Sequence record: SRR31156797_3249
DNA: 44,219 nt
Direction: 5' to 3' (one strand)
Shown here: positions 20,833-30,509 of the stretch, one piece after another
Layout of the letters: each line of letters opens with the position of its first letter
Numbering within the stretch: position 1 is the stretch's first letter
The notes under the pieces: model-generated
The model's database searches: none
What the model was told of the DNA's origin: nothing
What the model saw: only the letters and a program-made list of their open reading frames with translations
Program-made: the position numbers and the translations under genes

Positions 20833-22241
20833 TGCGCTTACCGAAGATCAACAGCCTTTATGGCCGTATTTTCGCCATTTTCTGGCTAACCATGTTTCTA
20901 GTGCTGCTTGCAGTACTGGCACTGCCGCACCTGGATCCGCGCAAATCTCGCGATTTACCACAAGAGATGCATCAGCGTATTGTGGAAGAGAAAGAGATGC
21001 TGGAAGCGCATTTTCAGCATGAGACCAACCTTGCTAAAATTTTAATGGTGTTAGAAAGCAGCGGTAATCGCGGCCAAGGCGGAATGAGGCGTGGCGAAGG
21101 TCGACAAGACCCTGATATGCGTCCTCGCTTTTTCGTTACCGATTTAGACGGAAAAATATTGACCACTCGTCAACAGACAGATTTCAAATACAAAGTCTTA
21201 CAAAACTTTGCCAGCAGTATCGAATCGATTGATAAACCTCAACAACGACTCTACGGACGCTACATGATCGCCGGCCCTGTCCCTGTGACATTTGCCCAAC
21301 AAGATTTACTGCTTTACGTTGGATTCCGCTGGAATGAGCCACCACCATTTCTGCTGCAGCTGTTTGATAAACCAGTGCAACTACTGCTGGCGGTCATGCT
21401 AGTCAGCACACCACTACTACTTTGGCTGGCATGGGCACTCAGTCAACCTGCTCAAAGACTGGCCCTCGCAGCTCAACGCGTTGCGCGCGGACAGTTTGAA
21501 GTTGACCCGGATTTAGAAAAAGGCACGACCGAGTTTAGGCAAGCCGGACGCAGCTTTAACCAAATGGTTGAAGCGGTCAACCAGATGATTTCTGGACAAC
21601 AGCGTTTGCTGTCCGATATTTCGCACGAACTACGCTCTCCGCTCACCCGCCTAAGAATGGCTAACGCACTCGCAACCCGTAAACAAGGGAGCAGTAATGA
21701 GCTTGAGCGCATTGATACTGAAGCACAACGCTTAGAACAGATGATCGGTGAGCTGCTTGAGCTGTCCAGAATGCAAACCAACAGTCATCTGAGCCGAGAA
21801 GAGCAACCATTGGGTAGTCTTTGGGAAGAATTACTGAATGACGCAAAGTTTGAAGCGGAACAAATGCACAAGTCACTACAATTCAATCAAATACCGGATG
21901 TTTCCATTTCGGGTAACCCCAAACTATTGATGAGCGCACTTGAGAACATCGTTCGCAATGCGATTTACTACGGTAAAGATCAAATTGTCGTTACATTTTC
22001 AACAACAGATCATAGCGTTACGGTCTCGGTGGAAGACAATGGTGAGGGCGTTCCTGAAGGTGAACTGTCTGAAATATTCCGCCCATTCTATCGGGTATCT
22101 ACAGCACGCGACCGCCACAGCGGCGGAACAGGTTTAGGTCTGGCCATCACAGAAAGTGCGATTCGCCAACACAGTGGTGTTATCGTGGCCAGCCGCAGCC
22201 CGCTTAATGGCCTGAAAGTGCAATTTACCCTTCCTATCTAA
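20829..22241 (+). CDS. cpxA: Envelope stress sensor histidine kinase CpxA
   Basis: SLYGRIFAIFW, HAMP domain, H-box SDISHELRSPLTRL, ENIVRNA, DNGEGV, RDRHSGGTGLGLAI. Start is GTG 20829 or ATG 20832, overlapping the cpxR stop. Confidence 0.95.
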   Translation: MMRLPKINSLYGRIFAIFWLTMFLVLLAVLALPHLDPRKSRDLPQEMHQRIVEEKEMLEAHFQHETNLAKILMVLESSGNRGQGGMRRGEGRQDPDMRPRFFVTDLDGKILTTRQQTDFKYKVLQNFASSIESIDKPQQRLYGRYMIAGPVPVTFAQQDLLLYVGFRWNEPPPFLLQLFDKPVQLLLAVMLVSTPLLLWLAWALSQPAQRLALAAQRVARGQFEVDPDLEKGTTEFRQAGRSFNQMVEAVNQMISGQQRLLSDISHELRSPLTRLRMANALATRKQGSSNELERIDTEAQRLEQMIGELLELSRMQTNSHLSREEQPLGSLWEELLNDAKFEAEQMHKSLQFNQIPDVSISGNPKLLMSALENIVRNAIYYGKDQIVVTFSTTDHSVTVSVEDNGEGVPEGELSEIFRPFYRVSTARDRHSGGTGLGLAITESAIRQHSGVIVASRSPLNGLKVQFTLPI

Positions 22242-22344
22242 GCGACTCAAACTTGTGGTTTATAGGGCGGGAGATTTATACTCGCCCTTAAATTTATAAA
22301 CACTCCGCAACAGGTCAATAGACCTAAAAAGGAAGTAGAGACAC

Positions 22345-22818
22345 ATGTTTGATATTGCCCTGTACGAACCAGAAATCGCTCCGAACACAGGTAACATTAT
22401 TCGCCTATGCGCGAACTGCGGTGCAAACCTGCACTTAATTGAGCCTTTAGGTTTTGATTTAGAAGAGAAAAAAGTGCGCCGTGCGGGTTTGGATTATCAT
22501 GATTTAGCTCGTGTCACTCGCCACAAGAACTATCAAGCATTTCTTGAGCATATGGCTAAAAAAGGGGACTTCCGCATCTTCGCTTGCACCACGAAAACCA
22601 CTGGTCATCATGTCGATGCATCATTCCAGCAAGGCGATGTACTGTTGTTTGGTCCTGAAACCCGTGGATTACCGGCAGACGTTATAGAAAGCTTACCAAT
22701 GGCACAAAGAATTCGCATTCCTATGATGCCTGATGCGCGAAGCCTTAATCTTTCCAACGCGGTGGCAATTATCGCTTTTGAAGCATGGCGACAAATGGGA
22801 TTCAAAGGCGCTTTATAA
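22345..22818 (+). CDS. trmL: tRNA (cytidine/uridine-34 2'-O)-methyltransferase
   Basis: [43 protein letters not shown] motifs. Confidence 0.96.
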   Translation: MFDIALYEPEIAPNTGNIIRLCANCGANLHLIEPLGFDLEEKKVRRAGLDYHDLARVTRHKNYQAFLEHMAKKGDFRIFACTTKTTGHHVDASFQQGDVLLFGPETRGLPADVIESLPMAQRIRIPMMPDARSLNLSNAVAIIAFEAWRQMGFKGAL

Positions 22819-22830
22819 GCCCATCAATAC

Positions 22831-22859
22831 AAAAAGCTCTGGCGAATACCAGAGCTTTT
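22831..22859. terminator. Bidirectional terminator between trmL and fxsA
   Basis: AAAAGCTCTGG-CGAATA-CCAGAGCTTTT. Confidence 0.85.
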
Positions 22860-22870
22860 CCATTTGAGAA

Positions 22871-23377
22871 TTAGTGCAAACGATTATTTTTATTATCGTC
22901 GTCTTCATCATCCTTCTTCTCATACTCACCATCAAACGTATTTCCCTGTTGAGAGTCATGAGAATGAAAGTTGCCGTCGAAATGGCTCGAATGTGTTGAA
23001 TGGAAACCACCAGATAAGTTAGAAACCACCACTTTACTCATTAGGTATTTTGCGATCATAGCCCGAGGTGCCGGTAACAACACCAACATCCCCATAGCGT
23101 CGGTCATAAAACCTGGCGTTAACAGTAAAACACCCGAGACAGCCAGCATCACGCCTTCAACGATTTGTTGCGCGGGCATTTCGCCTCGCTGCATACGTTG
23201 CTGCACCGTTAGCAAAGTTTGTAATCCCTGGCTTCTAACCAAAGATGCGCCAACAAAGGCCGTAACCAGCACCAAAGCGATCGTCGGCCAAAGGCCTAAC
23301 ATGCCACCAACCTGTATAAACAGGCCAATTTCAATAATCGGCACCGCAATAAATAGAATTAATAGTATAGGAAACAC
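22871..23377 (-). CDS. fxsA: FxsA family membrane protein (GTG start)
   Basis: PIIEI, LVRSQG, LLLTPGFMTD motifs; strong AAGGAGG SD. Confidence 0.93.
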   Translation of the reverse strand: MFPILLILFIAVPIIEIGLFIQVGGMLGLWPTIALVLVTAFVGASLVRSQGLQTLLTVQQRMQRGEMPAQQIVEGVMLAVSGVLLLTPGFMTDAMGMLVLLPAPRAMIAKYLMSKVVVSNLSGGFHSTHSSHFDGNFHSHDSQQGNTFDGEYEKKDDEDDDNKNNRLH

Positions 23378-23398
23378 GGCTCCTCCTTATTTTGCTAC

Positions 23399-23427
23399 AC
23401 CTTATCCCTAACAATTCCGCTGTGCAA
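23399..23427 (-). promoter_or_regulatory. Candidate sigma-70 promoter of fxsA
   Basis: TTGCAC-17 nt-TAAGGT on the - strand. Confidence 0.5.
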
Positions 23428-23583
23428 GCCAGTGGCCAAACAAACAGTGACGCGCTTCCTGCTATTGAACAATTAATAACTAAAAACGTAATAAAACATG
23501 AACAGCCAGAACCAAGGTGGCGACATAGCTAATTAGAAAAGGCTCAACTACTTTGTAAGTAGGCCTCTTTTAAGAGCAAAAAC

Positions 23584-25497
23584 ATGAGACGGATTGTCAG
23601 CACTATCAGAATCGGTACAGTGTTGTGGCTATTGTTGTCACTGATTCCGCTCGCCTATTACTTCCACCTCTCTGAAAGAGCACATCAATTCATCATTTCC
23701 CGCGTTGAATCCGAAGGGTTACAACAATTATCTTTCGTTGACTCAAGAGCAAGACGAACCCACGCCCAGATTCAACAAATATTTTATGAGCTTGGCCACT
23801 CGGAGTTACTGCATGACTTTGCTGTGACTCGCGCTCCTAACTTTCGTAAATACATTGAAAGTCAGTGGTACCTAACATCCTTTAACTCTACGCTGTTTTA
23901 TCAATTGCGCTTTATTGATAACCGAGGCCATGAAGTCATACGCGTCGATTACATGCCCAATATGGCGAATCCCTATATCGTTCCTAACGATAGGCTACAA
24001 AATAAAAGCCACCGAAATTACTTCCGCTATGCACAACAACTCTCAAATGGAGAACAAGGCAACTTCGGTATCGATATAGAGTACGAAAACAACCAACCGG
24101 TGATCCCCTATAAACCGGGTTACCGAATCATTTACCCTGTCGTGGCAAACTCAGTAAGACAAGGCTACTTTATTGCCAACTTAGATGTACTGGCGATTAT
24201 CGATCAAATAACCTCTAACCCCGATAATCGATTTGTCGATTTCATTAATCATCAAGGGGATTACATCCTCAGCAGCGATAAGGGCAAATCATTTGGCGAC
24301 TTTATTCAAAATCGAGCCCTGTTCAATCTCGCCACTAAAGAACCAGATCTTTGGAGTGCCCTGCAGAACAGTAGCTCCTCCGGAAATAGCTTGTTAACCG
24401 AAAAAGGCTTGTACGTGTTTCAGACTCTAGGTAGCCACCTGTTCGGAGCAAATGAGCCTCTAACAATGGTGACCCTTTACCCGACAGCTACCGTTACGAA
24501 CCTATTCACTAATCGAGATAACGAGTTAAAAATAGAAGCGTTCATTATCTGGCTAACCCTTGGCATTATATCGATCATTAGTGCTCTTTTTGTCGATGCA
24601 TACCGCCGACTAAAGGCCGACCAAACCTATGCTGAGTACGCCATTGAAAATACGATGGCGGTAGTGGTCACTGATTTAAACATGAGGATTTTGCGGGTGA
24701 ACACTAGCTTCTGCAATCTCGTAAACAGTGATTTAAGTTTGCTGCTCGGTTCTGACATTAGCGACTTTTTTCTGTCAAAATCCAAAGAGAAAATCATCAA
24801 GCGGCAACTCGGCGTAAGAAGAGTGTGGCAAGGCGAGTTTTCATTGCATACCACGGATAATGTTGAAGTCGTCTGCCAAACCGAGATTCATGCCATTGTT
24901 GGCAAACTGCGCCGGGTACAGTATTACGTCTACTCGTTTACCGATGTATCCGATCACCACAACACCATTGCAGCCCTAAAAGAACGCTCTGAGCGTGATC
25001 CCGCGACCTCGCTATGGAACAAGAAGAAGTTCGATCAGGACTTACAATATCAATGCCGCTTAAAACAACGCTACACCACCCATCCCACTTGCTGCCTAGC
25101 GGTGTTAGATATCGACTCCTTCAAAGAGATTAATGACACCTTCGGGCATAATGCGGGTGACAAAGTCATATTGCATATAGCGAACCAACTGTGCGCGGTG
25201 ATGCGGGATACCGACTACATTGCTCGAATAGGTGGCGATGAATTCGCCGTGTTAATCCAACATACGGATATTGATCAAGCCCAAGCACTCATGACCAGGG
25301 TATCAGCAGATATACACAGTTGGGCCCAATTTAGCGTCTCTGTCAGTGTCGGTTTGGCCGAGGTCACTGAAGACGCAGCTGAAACTTTCTCTAACGCGGA
25401 TAAGGCGATGTATCGCTCAAAACGAAAAGGGAAAAATTGCATTTCCGTCCATGGCATTGAGAAATTAAGCGTCTTGAAATCAAATCCAGCGAAATAG
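23584..25497 (+). CDS. Membrane-anchored diguanylate cyclase (periplasmic Cache-like sensor, PAS, GGDEF)
   Basis: Two TM helices around a periplasmic domain (YQLRFID..G.E..RV, LQNKSHRNYF); PAS-like AVVVTD...VN..F...WQGE; DIDSFKEINDTFGH..GD, RDTD I-site and intact GGDEF. Confidence 0.9.
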   Translation: MRRIVSTIRIGTVLWLLLSLIPLAYYFHLSERAHQFIISRVESEGLQQLSFVDSRARRTHAQIQQIFYELGHSELLHDFAVTRAPNFRKYIESQWYLTSFNSTLFYQLRFIDNRGHEVIRVDYMPNMANPYIVPNDRLQNKSHRNYFRYAQQLSNGEQGNFGIDIEYENNQPVIPYKPGYRIIYPVVANSVRQGYFIANLDVLAIIDQITSNPDNRFVDFINHQGDYILSSDKGKSFGDFIQNRALFNLATKEPDLWSALQNSSSSGNSLLTEKGLYVFQTLGSHLFGANEPLTMVTLYPTATVTNLFTNRDNELKIEAFIIWLTLGIISIISALFVDAYRRLKADQTYAEYAIENTMAVVVTDLNMRILRVNTSFCNLVNSDLSLLLGSDISDFFLSKSKEKIIKRQLGVRRVWQGEFSLHTTDNVEVVCQTEIHAIVGKLRRVQYYVYSFTDVSDHHNTIAALKERSERDPATSLWNKKKFDQDLQYQCRLKQRYTTHPTCCLAVLDIDSFKEINDTFGHNAGDKVILHIANQLCAVMRDTDYIARIGGDEFAVLIQHTDIDQAQALMTRVSADIHSWAQFSVSVSVGLAEVTEDAAETFSNADKAMYRSKRKGKNCISVHGIEKLSVLKSNPAK

Positions 25498-25549
25498 CCA
25501 TTTCTCGTTCAACGACATCATGATGAGCACCTCTGTCGGGAAAAGTTAT

Positions 25550-25563
25550 TTGATACGCATCAA
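25550..25563. promoter_or_regulatory. FNR binding site
   Basis: TTGAT-ACGC-ATCAA, an exact match to the FNR consensus, at the head of the arc block. Confidence 0.75.
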
Positions 25564-25603
25564 AAAAACATCAAAAGTTAAACGTTAATAAATAAACCTT
25601 ACT

Positions 25604-25633
25604 CATGAATAAAATTCCAAAGATTGATTAATA
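25604..25633 (+). promoter_or_regulatory. ARG-box-like operator upstream of arcD
   Basis: TGAAT-AAAA-TTCCA then TGATT; 16 bp identical to the site upstream of arcA. Confidence 0.65.
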
Positions 25634-26003
25634 GCACCCTTAACGGCTCTCTCTCCTTGGAGCTAAACAATAATCAAAGAATACAATTCCATTAAATATA
25701 AACAATTACCCTCTAACAAAAATCAGTATTTTTATCACCCTTCTAACATCAAATCTATTTTGTGAAGCAATGCAAAGTTCCCCACAATTAGTCAAATTAG
25801 AATTTAAAAAGATATCTGGCCAGATAATTAAATCTTAATTAGACACTTTATTTTTATTTTTAATTCTGAAAATAATACTTATCTAATACGTTGTAATAAT
25901 TCACTACTTAATAAAATATAAATACTTAATTATTGAATAGGGAATAAGACTTTAGCCACTGAACACATTTGGGTGTTTCCTATCCAAATGTAAGGAGATA
26001 GCT

Positions 26004-27449
26004 ATGACAACCCAAACTGTAACGACGAAGCCTAAAGGTGGATTCTTTTCTAACTTTAAATTTCCATCCGCTTATACCATTTTATTTCTGCTCATTGCGC
26101 TGGTTGCAGCGCTGACTTGGATTGTTCCTGCTGGCCAATATGAACGGACAATGAATGAAGATTTAGGACGAGAAGTGCCCATTGCAGGCACCTATCAGCC
26201 TGCAGAAGGCAACCCTCAAGGTATCATCGATATTTTAATGGCCCCGATTGATGGCTTTTATAACCACAATAGTTACGAAGCCGCTGCAATTGATGTTTCT
26301 TTGTTCATCTTAATCATTGGTGGTTTTCTTGGTTTAGTTACTAAAACAGGGGCCATTGACGCTGGAATCGCTCGAGTGACTGCAAGGCTTGAAGGCCGGG
26401 AAGAACTGATGATCCCTATCCTGATGGCTCTGTTTGCTACAGGTGGCACCGTGTATGGTATGGCGGAAGAATCACTGCCTTTCTATACCCTGCTCGTCCC
26501 CGTAATGATGGCGGCGAGATTTGACCCTGTTGTCGCAGCGGCGACGGTATTACTTGGCGCTGGCATCGGCACACTCGGTTCGACAATCAACCCTTTTGCT
26601 ACCGTCATTGCCGCCAACGCCGCAGGTATCCCGTTTACTGATGGCATTTTGCTAAGGGCGGCGATGCTCATTATTGGCTGGATTATTTGTGTACTCTATG
26701 TCATGCGTTACGCGAAAATGGTCAGAGCAGACCAAAGCAAATCCATTGTTTACGACAAATTTGAAGAAAACAAAGCGCATTTTCTTGGCAACCAAAGCGA
26801 CGAGACATTAGAGTTCACCGGCACTCGCAAACTTATTTTGACAATATTCGCCGCAGCATTTGGCGTTATGATTTACGGTGTTTCCGTTGCTGGCTGGTGG
26901 ATGGCAGAAATATCCGCCATGTTCTTAGGAGCAACCATCATTATTGGTTTGGTTGCCCGTTTAAGTGAAGAAGAGTTCACCACCAGTTTTATTGATGGAG
27001 CCCGTGATTTACTTGGCGTTGCACTTATCATTGGGATTGCCCGAGGAATCGTCGTTGTAATGGATCAAGGGATGATTACTGACACCATCTTGAACTCAGC
27101 AGAACAAGCGGTGACAGGGCTTTCTTCAGTCATATTTATCAACGTCATGTATTTATTGGAAATACTTCTGTCTTTCCTTGTTCCATCCTCATCAGGCTTA
27201 GCCGTACTGACCATGCCGATTATGGCTCCACTCGCCGATTTCGCTGGCGTAGGACGAGAGTTAGTGGTCACCGCCTACCAATCGGCGTCCGGCATAGTAA
27301 ACCTCATTACACCGACATCCGCCGTGGTTATGGGTGGCTTAGCCATCGCACGCGTACCCTACGTTCGCTGGATAAAATGGGTAGCACCTTTGCTTGGTAT
27401 CCTGTGCTTGCTGATCATGGCAATGCTAAGTATTGGCGTCTTTCTGTAA
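26004..27449 (+). CDS. arcD: YfcC/ArcD-family basic amino acid antiporter (probable arginine/ornithine)
   Basis: FPSAYTILF, TWIVPAGQY, GMAEE, STINPFAT, PSSSGLAVLTMPIMAPL, ITPTS. Substrate inferred from adjacency to arcA. Confidence 0.82.
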   Translation: MTTQTVTTKPKGGFFSNFKFPSAYTILFLLIALVAALTWIVPAGQYERTMNEDLGREVPIAGTYQPAEGNPQGIIDILMAPIDGFYNHNSYEAAAIDVSLFILIIGGFLGLVTKTGAIDAGIARVTARLEGREELMIPILMALFATGGTVYGMAEESLPFYTLLVPVMMAARFDPVVAAATVLLGAGIGTLGSTINPFATVIAANAAGIPFTDGILLRAAMLIIGWIICVLYVMRYAKMVRADQSKSIVYDKFEENKAHFLGNQSDETLEFTGTRKLILTIFAAAFGVMIYGVSVAGWWMAEISAMFLGATIIIGLVARLSEEEFTTSFIDGARDLLGVALIIGIARGIVVVMDQGMITDTILNSAEQAVTGLSSVIFINVMYLLEILLSFLVPSSSGLAVLTMPIMAPLADFAGVGRELVVTAYQSASGIVNLITPTSAVVMGGLAIARVPYVRWIKWVAPLLGILCLLIMAMLSIGVFL

Positions 27450-27469
27450 CGCAGAATAGAACTACAAGT

Positions 27470-27494
27470 AGCCGCGCTTATGCGCGGCTTTTTT
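27470..27494 (+). terminator. Intrinsic terminator after arcD
   Basis: AGCCGCGC-TTAT-GCGCGGCT then a T-run. Confidence 0.88.
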
Positions 27495-27899
27495 ATTACT
27501 TTTTCTAATCTAGATTTAGCTAGCCTCATGCTAAACGAGCGCCTCTGCTCAACAGCACCATCGTCATCTCTGCAATTCACCCCACTCACCTCCCTTTCCC
27601 TCTAGCATTAGCATGCTATCACTCACACCTATAGGAATAATTAGTGAACAAGTTAGAAATATTATTCCTACACCCACTCTTCATTGAGATTTTTAAATAA
27701 GTTTTAATAATCCATAAAGTACTTAAAGTAATCTGAAGTGAACTATATCCGAAAATTTTAGCCACCAATGAATTTGTCTTAGATCACAGTTTGGCGCTCT
27801 TTTCTGTTAACAAATGACAAGCAGCGATAAAAAAATTAACTAGCTACCCTTTTTAAATGCATATTCACGTTAAATTTTTATCCAATCACAACCAGAAAA

Positions 27900-27929
27900 A
27901 ATGAATAAAATTCCAAGAATTGCATAAAT
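27900..27929 (+). promoter_or_regulatory. ARG-box-like operator upstream of arcA
   Basis: TGAAT-AAAA-TTCCA-AGAAT-TGCAT-AAAT. Confidence 0.65.
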
Positions 27930-28086
27930 GAAACGACTCACTCCTTTATTGTCGAGATTTACTAAATGCATCTTCGATTTATTTTTCATTAAAATCTTTA
28001 ATTTACCAAACAAAAATACAATAAATAAAATGCATAAATTTTGTTAAAAAGAATTACTTCCCCATATTAAATGATTAATAACAAAC

Positions 28087-28128
28087 TGTGATTAATATCC
28101 AAGAAAGCTCACCACCTCGCCGTAATAT
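28087..28128 (+). promoter_or_regulatory. Candidate class II FNR/CRP-dependent promoter of arcACB
   Basis: tGTGAT-TAAT-ATCCAa centred at 28094.5 and a -10-like TAATAT at 28123-28128, placing the site at about -41. Confidence 0.5.
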
Positions 28129-28233
28129 AAATATCAGAACAAAGAAAAACCTAATTTAAAAACACCCTATAAACACTAATAAATAATTATGTATTTCAGT
28201 AAATAGAAATACAAAATATAGAGAGATACGATT

Positions 28234-29454
28234 ATGAGTAAGTTATATGTAGGTTCAGAAATCGGTCAGTTGCGTCGTGTTTTAGTCCACCGTCCAAGAC
28301 GTGCGCTTAGTCATTTAACTCCGTCAAACTGTCATGATTTACTGTTTGATGATGTATTAGATATCGAACGTGCGGGTAAAGAACACGATGTTTTTGCCCA
28401 GACGCTTCGCGACCAAGGTGTCGAAGTATTATTACTCACTCAATTGCTTGCTGAAACATTGGATGTTCCTGAAGCCAAAGAGTGGCTTCTCAATACGCAA
28501 ATTTCTGATTACCGCTTTGGCCCGACCTTTGCCAATGATCTTCGCTGCTATTTAAATGATCTGCCAACCATCGAATTGGCCAAAATACTGACCGGCGGTC
28601 TTTCATACGGCGAGATGCCAATGAAATCATCTTCGTTTATTCAACAGATGAACAAAACCAATGACTTCATCATCAAACCATTGCCAAACCACCTGTTTAC
28701 TCGCGATACCTCTTGCTGGGTTTACGGCGGCGTTTCAATCAATCCAATGGCAAAAGTTGCCCGTCAAAGAGAAACCAACCACTTGCGTGCAATTTACCGC
28801 TGGCATCCAACCTTCGCCGGTCAAGACTTTGTGAAGTACTTCGGCGATGAAGAGCATAACTATGACAAATCCACCATTGAAGGCGGCGATGTGCTGGTTA
28901 TCGGCCGCGGTGCTGTTTTGATTGGTATGTCAGAGCGCACGACAGCGCAAGGTGTCGAACAACTCGCTTCATCTCTATTCAAACATGGACAAGCAAAAGA
29001 AGTCATCGCGCTAGAGCTACCAAAAGACCGCTCGTGCATGCATTTAGATACCGTGATGACGCACATGCGTGAAGATACTTTCTCTGTCTACCCGAATGTT
29101 ATCCCAGATGACGTGAAATGTTGGAGCTTAACCGGTGATGAATCTGGAAGAGTAAAAGCAACACAGCAGCAGTCCTACATCCATACCATTGAGAACGCTC
29201 TAGGTATCGACAAACTCAACATGATCACCACCGGCGGTGACAGCTTTGAAGCGGAACGAGAGCAATGGAACGATGCGAACAATGTGCTTACAGTCCGCCC
29301 AGGCGTTGTGATTGGATATGAGCGAAATACCTACACCAATGAAAAATATGACAAGGCAGGTATTACCGTGCTTCCAATCCCAGGCGATGAACTGGGCCGT
29401 GGCCGAGGTGGTGCTCGATGCATGAGCTGCCCTATTGAACGTGACGGTATCTAA
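28234..29454 (+). CDS. arcA: Arginine deiminase
   Basis: [49 protein letters not shown] with the catalytic Cys. Confidence 0.97.
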   Translation: MSKLYVGSEIGQLRRVLVHRPRRALSHLTPSNCHDLLFDDVLDIERAGKEHDVFAQTLRDQGVEVLLLTQLLAETLDVPEAKEWLLNTQISDYRFGPTFANDLRCYLNDLPTIELAKILTGGLSYGEMPMKSSSFIQQMNKTNDFIIKPLPNHLFTRDTSCWVYGGVSINPMAKVARQRETNHLRAIYRWHPTFAGQDFVKYFGDEEHNYDKSTIEGGDVLVIGRGAVLIGMSERTTAQGVEQLASSLFKHGQAKEVIALELPKDRSCMHLDTVMTHMREDTFSVYPNVIPDDVKCWSLTGDESGRVKATQQQSYIHTIENALGIDKLNMITTGGDSFEAEREQWNDANNVLTVRPGVVIGYERNTYTNEKYDKAGITVLPIPGDELGRGRGGARCMSCPIERDGI

Positions 29455-29465
29455 CCATTGATTCT

Positions 29466-29497
29466 GGGTTGTTACGTAACTATAGCCGTAACAACCC
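29466..29497 (+). repeat. Perfect 11-bp inverted repeat between arcA and arcC (no U-tract)
   Basis: GGGTTGTTACG(29466-76)-10 nt-CGTAACAACCC(29487-97). Confidence 0.8.
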
Positions 29498-29517
29498 ATG
29501 CAGAAGGATAACAACTC

Positions 29518-30429
29518 ATGACTAAACAAACTGTCGTCGTCGCATTGGGTGGCAATGCATTACTCCGCCGTGGTGAACCACTGGAAGCTGATGTGCAACG
29601 CCACAATATTGAAATTGCAGTAAAAGCGATTTCTGAAATCTCTCAAGAGTACAACGTTGTATTGGTGCATGGTAACGGCCCACAAGTCGGACTGCTTGCA
29701 CTACAAGGTTTAGAGTACAAAAAGGTCCATCCTTACCCACTCGATGTGTTAGGAAGTGAAACGCAAGGCATGATTGGCTACATGCTCATGCAAGAGTTCA
29801 AAAACCGCTTACCGGACAGAAACGTCACTTGCATGCTCACACAAATGACTGTTGACCCTAAAGATCCAGCTTTCATTAATCCAACCAAGCCGATTGGCCC
29901 GATATACCAAGAAGCGGAAGCGCGTGAGCTGGCAGAAAAATACCACTGGACGGTTAAACCGGACGGCGATCATTTCCGCCGTGTGGTGCCGAGCCCGAAA
30001 CCAACCGGCATCGTAGAAGACCAAGCGATAGTCCAACTCATTGAACAAGGTCACCTTGTTATTTGTACTGGTGGTGGTGGTATTCCTGTCAAACGAGAAA
30101 ATGGCAAACTCGTCGGCGTGGAAGCCGTCATTGATAAAGATATGTCCGCAGCGTTTCTTGCCAAGCAAATTGGCGCGGATGCCTTGCTAATTTTAACCGA
30201 TGCCGATGCTGTCTATCTCGACTGGGGTACACCAACTCAAGCAGCACTGCGAAACACCACCCCAAGTGAACTGGCCCACTACCGGTTTGATGAAGGCTCA
30301 ATGGGGCCAAAAATTGAAGCGTCTTGTGAGTTCATCAAACAAGGAGGAATGGTTGTGGGGATCGGAGCATTAGAAGACGGACTCCGCATTCTACAAGGTG
30401 AAGCGGGAACCAATATTACTCGCGATTAG
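29518..30429 (+). CDS. arcC: Carbamate kinase
   Basis: [51 protein letters not shown]. Confidence 0.97.
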   Translation: MTKQTVVVALGGNALLRRGEPLEADVQRHNIEIAVKAISEISQEYNVVLVHGNGPQVGLLALQGLEYKKVHPYPLDVLGSETQGMIGYMLMQEFKNRLPDRNVTCMLTQMTVDPKDPAFINPTKPIGPIYQEAEARELAEKYHWTVKPDGDHFRRVVPSPKPTGIVEDQAIVQLIEQGHLVICTGGGGIPVKRENGKLVGVEAVIDKDMSAAFLAKQIGADALLILTDADAVYLDWGTPTQAALRNTTPSELAHYRFDEGSMGPKIEASCEFIKQGGMVVGIGALEDGLRILQGEAGTNITRD

Positions 30430-30509
30430 ATCCCAAGTTAGCAACAAAACTTACTCATTACTTAGGCTCTTTGCTGTTCTTAATGAGAGCCAGACAAGAG
30501 GATAACATC

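Noticed and set aside
22871-23010. His-rich and acidic C-terminal tail of FxsA
   Set aside because: Low-complexity tails ending in a (D/E)GE(Y/F) motif are usual for FxsA; nothing here supports a special function.
25520-25588. 22-codon basic ORF (MMSTSVGKSYLIRIKKTSKVKR) upstream of arcD as a possible arginine leader peptide
   Set aside because: No SD, only two Arg codons, overlaps the FNR site, and no attenuator hairpin follows.
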